Source: Candidatus Multivoradales bacterium (GTDB lineage: Bacteria > Acidobacteriota > Thermoanaerobaculia > Multivoradales > J023). From it: 64,000 bases of DNA. Within the stretch, counting starts at the first letter, position 1. Each line of letters starts with the position of its first letter. The DNA is taken from assembly GCA_965248925.1 (NCBI GenBank), contig CBDFLE010000006.1, positions 832,001 through 896,000 of the forward strand. The letters are read 5' to 3'. The translations under genes were made by a program, and so were the position numbers. The notes beneath the pieces are model-generated. The model saw only the letters and a list, made by a program, of their open reading frames with translations, did no database searches and had not been told where the DNA came from. Below, one piece after another: positions 58,105-64,000 of the stretch.

Positions 58105-59279
58105 GTCTTCTCCTCGGGATAGAGCAGGATCTGCCGCCGCTCAGCGCGGAATTCAGCTTCATCGGCACCCCAGCTTGCCACCCACTCAGCCACCGAAGTG
58201 TCCGCCTCGAGCGCCAGTCGCAACTCCGTGCCGCCACTCAGCAAATCGATCGCCGGCCGATCAGAGACAAACTCATAAGGCGCCTCTCGCCAGGCAAAGC
58301 GGGCGCCGAGTTCAGCCCGCAGAGCGACCAGAATCTCGACCCCACAGCGGTAGGGCTCGAGCACAGCGGCATCATCCACCAGCAGCTCGACGCCACCGCA
58401 GAGCGCCCCGGCATGTTTTTGAAACTGGGTACGGAAATAGGTCGGAACCGCGCTCAGCCCCGGCAGATCTCGCAACCGCCTGGCCAGCGACGGCGGGTCG
58501 ATCCGCGGCTCACCAAGAAGCAGGAATGGGCGAGTCGTGCCACGGCCCTCAGAGATCTCGGTCGCCTCCAAGAGACACAGACCGGGATAGACCAGGGCGG
58601 TCAGAAAGCTGGGCATGTTGGGCGACGGCGCCAACCACGGCCGGCCGGTCTCGGGCCACAGCATCGAGCGCCGCCAGCCGCGCAGCGGCCACACCCGCAG
58701 CCCCTCTCCCCAACCTCGCCGCTCAGCCTCCAGGCGGACCAATTCACCAAGGGTCAAGCCGTGGCGCACCGGGGTGCGGAAAGCACCGACGAACGACTCA
58801 AAACCCGGCCGCGGCAAATCACCCTCCACCTCCTCACCACCGAGCGGATTGGGTCGATCCAACAGCCACACCTCGACCCCGGCGGCAAGCGCCTCTTCGG
58901 CCGCCCAAACGGCGGTGGCGGCGTAAGTGTAGTAGCGGCTGCCGACATCTTGAAGATCGATCAACAGCAGGTCGAGTGAGTCGAAGGCCTCGGCGCTGGG
59001 CCGCAATGAACCTTCGTCGGCACCGTAGAGGGAGCGGATCGGTGCCCCGGTCCAAGGATCGCGCTCATCGGCGCTAGCCACCATGTCCTGTTCGACGCCA
59101 TAGTAGCCATGTTCCGGACCGAATAGAGCCATCGGCGGCCCACTCGACGAAGCAGCCAAAGCGAGATGCAGCGGCCGCCGCCGCGCATCCACCGAAGCAC
59201 CGTGGGCGAGCAATCCCCAGCGCCGACCGGCGAGTTCAGCAGAGCGCTCGAGCAGCAGGTCGCAGCCGGTCGAAATCAC
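58101..59279 (-). CDS. DUF1343 / NamZ-like exo-beta-N-acetylmuramidase
   Basis: LFGPEHG, DLQDVGSRYYTY, LDRPNPLGG, PSPNMP, SEGRGTTRPF; GTGA overlap with moaC. Confidence 0.9.
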   Translation of the reverse strand: MISTGCDLLLERSAELAGRRWGLLAHGASVDARRRPLHLALAASSSGPPMALFGPEHGYYGVEQDMVASADERDPWTGAPIRSLYGADEGSLRPSAEAFDSLDLLLIDLQDVGSRYYTYAATAVWAAEEALAAGVEVWLLDRPNPLGGEEVEGDLPRPGFESFVGAFRTPVRHGLTLGELVRLEAERRGWGEGLRVWPLRGWRRSMLWPETGRPWLAPSPNMPSFLTALVYPGLCLLEATEISEGRGTTRPFLLLGEPRIDPPSLARRLRDLPGLSAVPTYFRTQFQKHAGALCGGVELLVDDAAVLEPYRCGVEILVALRAELGARFAWREAPYEFVSDRPAIDLLSGGTELRLALEADTSVAEWVASWGADEAEFRAERRQILLYPEEKT

Positions 59280-59797
59280 TCCCCTTCCTCCGCGCCGTGC
59301 CGCCGTGGGTCGCGACGCCACTGGCCGCTGCGCCCACCGCTCTTGCCTTCGAGTCGCAGATCGGTGATCACCGCGCCACGCTCAACCGCTTTGACCATGT
59401 CGTAGAGCGCCAAGGCGGCGGCATGGCAAGCCACCATCGCTTCGAGTTCGGCACCGGTGCGAGCGGTGACCACCACCCGGCTGCGAATCTCGACCCCCTC
59501 GCTGCTCGGCAGCAGCTCGACCTCGATTTGGTCGAGGGGCAAGGTGTGGGCCAAGGGGATCAGCTGATCGACCCGCTTAGCCGCCTGAATGCCGGCGATT
59601 CGCGCCACCGCCACCGCGTCTCCCTTGGCCATCTGGCCCAGCCGATCGACGGTAGCGGCCGACATCGACACGCGGCACGAGGCACTGGCTTGGCGACGGC
59701 TGATCGGCTTGTTGGAAACATCGACCATCTGCGCTCGACCCTCGCTATCGAGATGGCTGAAGGCGGCTGCGGATTCGGGCTGATCTGGCTCTGACAT
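59276..59797 (-). CDS. moaC: Cyclic pyranopterin monophosphate synthase
   Basis: HLDSEGRAQMVDVSNK, KGDAVAVARIAGIQAAK, LIPLAH, YDMVKAV, KSGG. Confidence 0.93.
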   Translation of the reverse strand: MSEPDQPESAAAFSHLDSEGRAQMVDVSNKPISRRQASASCRVSMSAATVDRLGQMAKGDAVAVARIAGIQAAKRVDQLIPLAHTLPLDQIEVELLPSSEGVEIRSRVVVTARTGAELEAMVACHAAALALYDMVKAVERGAVITDLRLEGKSGGRSGQWRRDPRRHGAEEGE

Positions 59798-59902
59798 TGG
59801 GCTGCCCCCCCATCCATATGGGTGGAAAAGGTTGTGGCTCGGATCGCGGGCCGCCATTATGCTACGATCCGCGCCTCTCGCAACCCGCTTTCCCACTACC
59901 TC

Positions 59903-59957
59903 ATGCGTCTAGTGATCGTTATCCCGACGCTCAACGAACGGCCCCGTTTAGAGCGCC
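59903..59957 (+). pseudogene. N-terminal stub of a family 2 glycosyltransferase
   Basis: MRLVIVIPTLNERPRLERL is a typical GT2 start and is cut off at the repeat array. Confidence 0.5.
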
Positions 59958-60063
59958 TTTCAGGGTGCTTTCAGGGTGCCACCCAAGTCGTGTTCCTTTC
60001 AGGGTGCCACCCAAGTCGTGTTCTTTCAGGGTGCCTTTCAGGGTGCCACCCAAGTCGTATTCC
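59958..60063. repeat. Stuttered REP-like tandem repeats TTTCAGGGTGCCACCCAAGTCGT
   Basis: Three full and two truncated (TTTCAGGGTGC) units; each full unit has the GGGTG-C-CACCC palindrome. Confidence 0.85.
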
Positions 60064-60182
60064 CTTATTTTCAACAGCTTACACTCTGCACAAGATGTAG
60101 CGTGCCAGATCTTCTGCAGAGGCTTCTAAGTTTCTCTCCCGAAACCGCAAGATTGGCGTCCCTCCTGTCGTCTCTGGGGGGT

Positions 60183-61151
60183 ATGGGAAGACAACTCCGA
60201 CACATTCGCCCCGGCGGCGCCATCTTCGAAGTCACGACGCGCTGCCTCCAAAGCCGATACCTGCTACCTGCTGGCGAGCACTTCCGCAGCATTGCGATCG
60301 GCATCATCGCCCGCGCCCAGCAGCTCCATCCGGTGGAGATCTACGCTTTCGGTGGCCTCCTCAACCACCTCCATTTCCTGATCGGAGCCGCCAACGTCAA
60401 AGATCTATCCGGCTTCATGGAGTACGTCAACGGCAACCTTGCCCGCGAAGCAAATCTCATTGTCGACTGGCCGGAGAAATTCTGGGGCCGCCGCTTCCGA
60501 GCTATCGAAGTCAGCAACGAAGAGGCGGCGTTGGTTTCCAGACTGCGCTATGTGATCAGCCACGGCCCGAAAGAGAATCTGGTGCTCCGCTGCCGGGAGT
60601 GGCCAGGGCTGCAGTGCATCGAAGCTCTCACCCAGGGCAAACCTCTAGAGGGGATTTGGCGTGACCGCAGTCTCGAGTACGAAGCCCACCGCCGTTACCA
60701 GAAGGTCGACCTTGAGACCTTCACCAAACGCCATACCCTGCGGCTGGATCCGCTGCCCTGCTGGCGGCACCAGCCGTCTGATGAAATTCGACGGCGTCTT
60801 ACCGAGATGGTCGCGGAGATCGATGCTGAAAGCGCCCGACGGGTGGTACTCGGCGGCCCCGTGCCCCTGGGTGCGGCAGTGATCCGCAAGCAGCACCCAC
60901 ACCAGCGGCCTGCTCGCAGCAAGAAATCTCCAGCCCCAGCTGTCCATGCAGCATCGAGAGCGGTCCGCAAGCAGTTGAAGGAGGCTTACCGCCTCTTCGT
61001 CGAGGCATACCGGCAGGCGGCCGTCCGCTTGCGGGCAGGCGACTACTCGGTAGAGTTTCCGCCGAGCTGTTTTCCGCCCCCACGGCCCTGTGTTTCGAGT
61101 GACTTTGAGCGACCAGGTAGTAGAGCAGGGCCGACCCGGGTGCCTGGATAG
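60183..61151 (+). CDS. RAYT-like Y1 HUH transposase
   Basis: FEVTTRC, NHLHFL (HUH), FWGRRF, RYVISHGPKENLV, WPG; adjacent to REP-like repeats. Confidence 0.8.
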   Translation: MGRQLRHIRPGGAIFEVTTRCLQSRYLLPAGEHFRSIAIGIIARAQQLHPVEIYAFGGLLNHLHFLIGAANVKDLSGFMEYVNGNLAREANLIVDWPEKFWGRRFRAIEVSNEEAALVSRLRYVISHGPKENLVLRCREWPGLQCIEALTQGKPLEGIWRDRSLEYEAHRRYQKVDLETFTKRHTLRLDPLPCWRHQPSDEIRRRLTEMVAEIDAESARRVVLGGPVPLGAAVIRKQHPHQRPARSKKSPAPAVHAASRAVRKQLKEAYRLFVEAYRQAAVRLRAGDYSVEFPPSCFPPPRPCVSSDFERPGSRAGPTRVPG

Positions 61152-61662
61152 GCTGCTACTTCACGAGGGTCTCTGCTGCCAAGAGAAATAGCAAACCATC
61201 GGACTCAATCTCTCATTCAGGAGGAGAGGTGTGTGCCGATAGCACCCGAAGGCAATGACGAGCGGTTGGCAACCTCGGTCGACGGACACTTCTAGGCCAA
61301 AGACCACGATTCCTCGTCAATGGGCACCCGATAAGAGCGCCAATCGACGAGAGAGAGAGAACATCGCGGAGCTGAGAATCAGCGGTTGTAGTGAATTTTG
61401 CCGAGGTGGGTGGCACGCTGTTGGGCACGCTGTTGGCACAGCGGTTAGTAGCTTCGCTGGTCTCTTTTGCGACGGTTGTAGCCGACCTCCGTACCACGGG
61501 GCCCGCGAAAGAAATACCTTCCGGTATTCGGCCACTCATGCAACGCCACGAGCGACGGGCCCGAACGGCCTCAGTACTCGGAAGTTATTTCTTCGCGGAC
61601 CTTTAGCCCGGCAGCGGCGACTGTAAATGTCACCGTGCTGCTCGGGGGTTCAGGCCAGGTCC

Positions 61663-62472
61663 TTACTGTATCTGACAGCTACTGCAGCTGCTGGAGACGC
61701 AGTGCTGGTGGCCGCACACTGAATACTCGCAGTGGCAATCGACCGAGGGGACGATACTGCTGTACGCCTTTCCGTCGCCGACCACGCCGGCGTTGGCGAT
61801 GAAGTTCGAGGTGCCCGGCAGGTAAGTGTCAGGCTGACCATCGGCGTTGGTGTCGACCTGCACGAAACCCTTCGCCGTTACCTGGCCTTCGAGCGGAGTA
61901 GCGGTCCAGCGGCCGTTGCCCATCGGCGCGAAGTCGAGCCGGCGGCTGATCTCGAGCGGCTGGTGCCGGCTACCATCGGTGTTGCTGAAGATCATCTTCA
62001 CTATGACTGAGATCGGCGAGAAGAATCTGCCGCCCTCGGCGCTGTCGCGCAGGATCTGCATCTTGGTGATGGGCTGTTCGCCGTCGAGCACCACGGCGAC
62101 ATCGAAGGCGCCGCAGGTGGTCTTGACCGGTTCGATACTCTCGAAGGCCAGCGCCCGCACCTGGACGCGGGTGTGAGCTACGCCCTTTTCGTCGAAGGCA
62201 GCGTCGTCGAGGCGGTGGACGATCGTGTCGGTGTTGCCCAAGGCGTTCGCTGGCTGGGTGGCCAGGGGTGCGCCGCGGAAATGAATGGTGCCATCGAAGG
62301 TCGGCGAACCGCTGCAGAAGAAGTCTGCCGGGATCCGCTCATCGGCAAAGCTGGAGCGGGTGGTACCGTCGCTGGTGCTGGTCCACAGGTCGACACCGCT
62401 GTAGATTGTGTCAGCGGCGACCGGTATGGCGAGCAACAAAGCAACCGCGATCAGAAAGAAAGATTTACGCAT
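61663..62472 (-). CDS. Secreted hypothetical protein with Cys/His-rich C-terminal tail
   Basis: Signal peptide MRKSFFLIAVALLLAIPVAA; tail DCHCEYSVCGHQHCVSSSCSSCQIQ. Confidence 0.75.
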   Translation of the reverse strand: MRKSFFLIAVALLLAIPVAADTIYSGVDLWTSTSDGTTRSSFADERIPADFFCSGSPTFDGTIHFRGAPLATQPANALGNTDTIVHRLDDAAFDEKGVAHTRVQVRALAFESIEPVKTTCGAFDVAVVLDGEQPITKMQILRDSAEGGRFFSPISVIVKMIFSNTDGSRHQPLEISRRLDFAPMGNGRWTATPLEGQVTAKGFVQVDTNADGQPDTYLPGTSNFIANAGVVGDGKAYSSIVPSVDCHCEYSVCGHQHCVSSSCSSCQIQ

Positions 62473-62742
62473 GCTGGGACTCCTCATCAGTTCTGGTTTC
62501 TGTACGCCCGAGACAGAGCAGAATTCCCCCCGCAACGGCTCAGGCGAGGGCCAAGAGCGGTCGGTGGGGCCGCCCACTCGGAAACGGGATGCACTCGATC
62601 AATGAGGACTCAGCTTATGTGGGCAGCCGGCGGCGTGCTTCTTCCATCTTGCGAATTGTTCAGCTGTTGAATCAAGTAATGTCTGAAGCTGAACTCGTCC
62701 GGCAGGGTACGTCCTAGGCGTGCCATCATAGCGCGCTGATTC

Positions 62743-64000
62743 CAGACCTCCTGAACTACCCCCCTCGGGAAATGTCCGGTTGAGCCTCTCCAGAGCTACC
62801 CGGAAGGCCTGGAAAGGCCAGGCACCGGGGTGGTTCTGGCTTGATCGCAAACCGCATCCGTAGCTTGGTGCCAGGGAACCGAGTCGCTGTTGCGCTGAGT
62901 TCTTCGCAGATGGCGGCAAGCGCCGCCGTCCTGTGTGGGGAGCTGAGCGGGTCGATGGAGATGAGCAGCTCGGTGTCGGTGACCTCGATATCACCAGTGG
63001 CCGACAAAGCGCTTTGTATCAGGGTGCGTCCCTCCTGTTCGGTGCGTCGGTAGTGGGGTGCTAGGAGCCGTCGAAGATCACCTTCCGCTTGGTAAGCGAC
63101 CATCTTGAGAATGTCGGTGAGGTGCTTGCGCTCCACCGACAACTTGATGACATCCGCTTCAACGACCTCCTGGACCGGGACCCGTGCGGGGAGGACCGCC
63201 CGTTGTTTTTCGAGTTCGGTGATCCGTCCGCACGCCGAGCGGATCCTGGCGGAGAGCCCTGCATTGGCGATCTTGAATCCACGCATCGTGGGCCGCCGAT
63301 CCTCGCGGTTCTCAGAAGCTGAGATCCCGAAGTGGGCCAGGAGCTGCTCGAGGTGTGCGTTGGCTTTGCGCAGCTCCGCGTTGATCTTGCTGCGCTCGGG
63401 GTTCGGCACCTTGCGGGTGGCGTCCGCCGGCTCCGTGCCGTAGTCCACTAGCGCGTCGAGTGCGAATTCCTCGCGCAGGTATTTGAAGAAGTTCTCCTGC
63501 CTCCAGCGGTCGAACATGCGGTAGGCGACCTCGAGTGTGGAGAGGTCGCGGCGGGAGGTGATGACGGGGGTCTGGTGGCCGTTGTCGCAGAGGCGGGTGA
63601 CTTGGCGCAGGGACAGCCGCTTGTGCTTTCCCTTGCGACCATACTCGAGGTAGATACGCTGATCGGCGAGCAGGTACTTGAGCTTCCGCCCGTGGATAGT
63701 GTCCTCGATGCCCTCGAACTTGCTCAATGGCACTGGGCGAAAGGGGGCCTTGCGGTAAGTGAGGATGTCGAAGTTCTCAGCGACGAGCTTTGCAGACAGC
63801 TTCGGGCTCCAACCGTCGCGGTCGAAAACGACCGTGACTCGTCGGTCTCCGACTAGCTCTCGAACCTCTTTGAGAATGAGAGGGAGCATCGTCGCGAGCC
63901 CCTTGTTGGCCTCGGTAGGGACCACGAAGAGAGGCTCGCTCTCGGCATCGTTAACCCAATAGTCCGTGGTGGCCGGCATCGCGATCCACATCCGTGCTAC
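62743..64000 (-). mobile_element. Second, diverged copy of the large DDE IS (partial at window edge)
   Basis: End CAGACCTCCTGAACTACCC at 62743, preceded by GATTC; ORF 62756->64000 is highly similar to the C-terminal half of 7807-10200. Confidence 0.9.

Noticed and set aside
59958-60063. CRISPR array
   Set aside because: The repeats are contiguous with no unique spacers, and no cas genes are present.

Overview
GC-rich bacterial DNA; gene families are suggestive of Acidobacteriota, but that is inference only. Positions ~1-40 kb form a defence-rich accessory region. It holds a DUF499/DUF1156/SNF2 restriction-like operon with extra YhcG, GmrSD-Schlafen and PD-(D/E)XK genes. Two of its genes are cleanly split by IS elements (an IS21 and a large DDE element), with target-site duplications visible. 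The region also has a truncated typA, vapBC, decayed toxin-antitoxin pairs, a secreted Cys-rich peptide/propeller-like/beta-sandwich-repeat operon, a 7x tandem HTH-repeat protein and a complete class I DISARM. Positions ~40-60 kb are mostly housekeeping (pyrE, epimerase, rdgB, cyclase, argF/arcA, purB, rlpA, ddl, serA, namZ-like, moaC), with a DnaA-box cluster and several pseudogene fragments. The end holds a RAYT-like Y1 transposase with stuttered REP-like repeats, a secreted Cys/His-tailed protein and a second copy of the large DDE element. All family calls come from motif recognition by eye; no database search was run.
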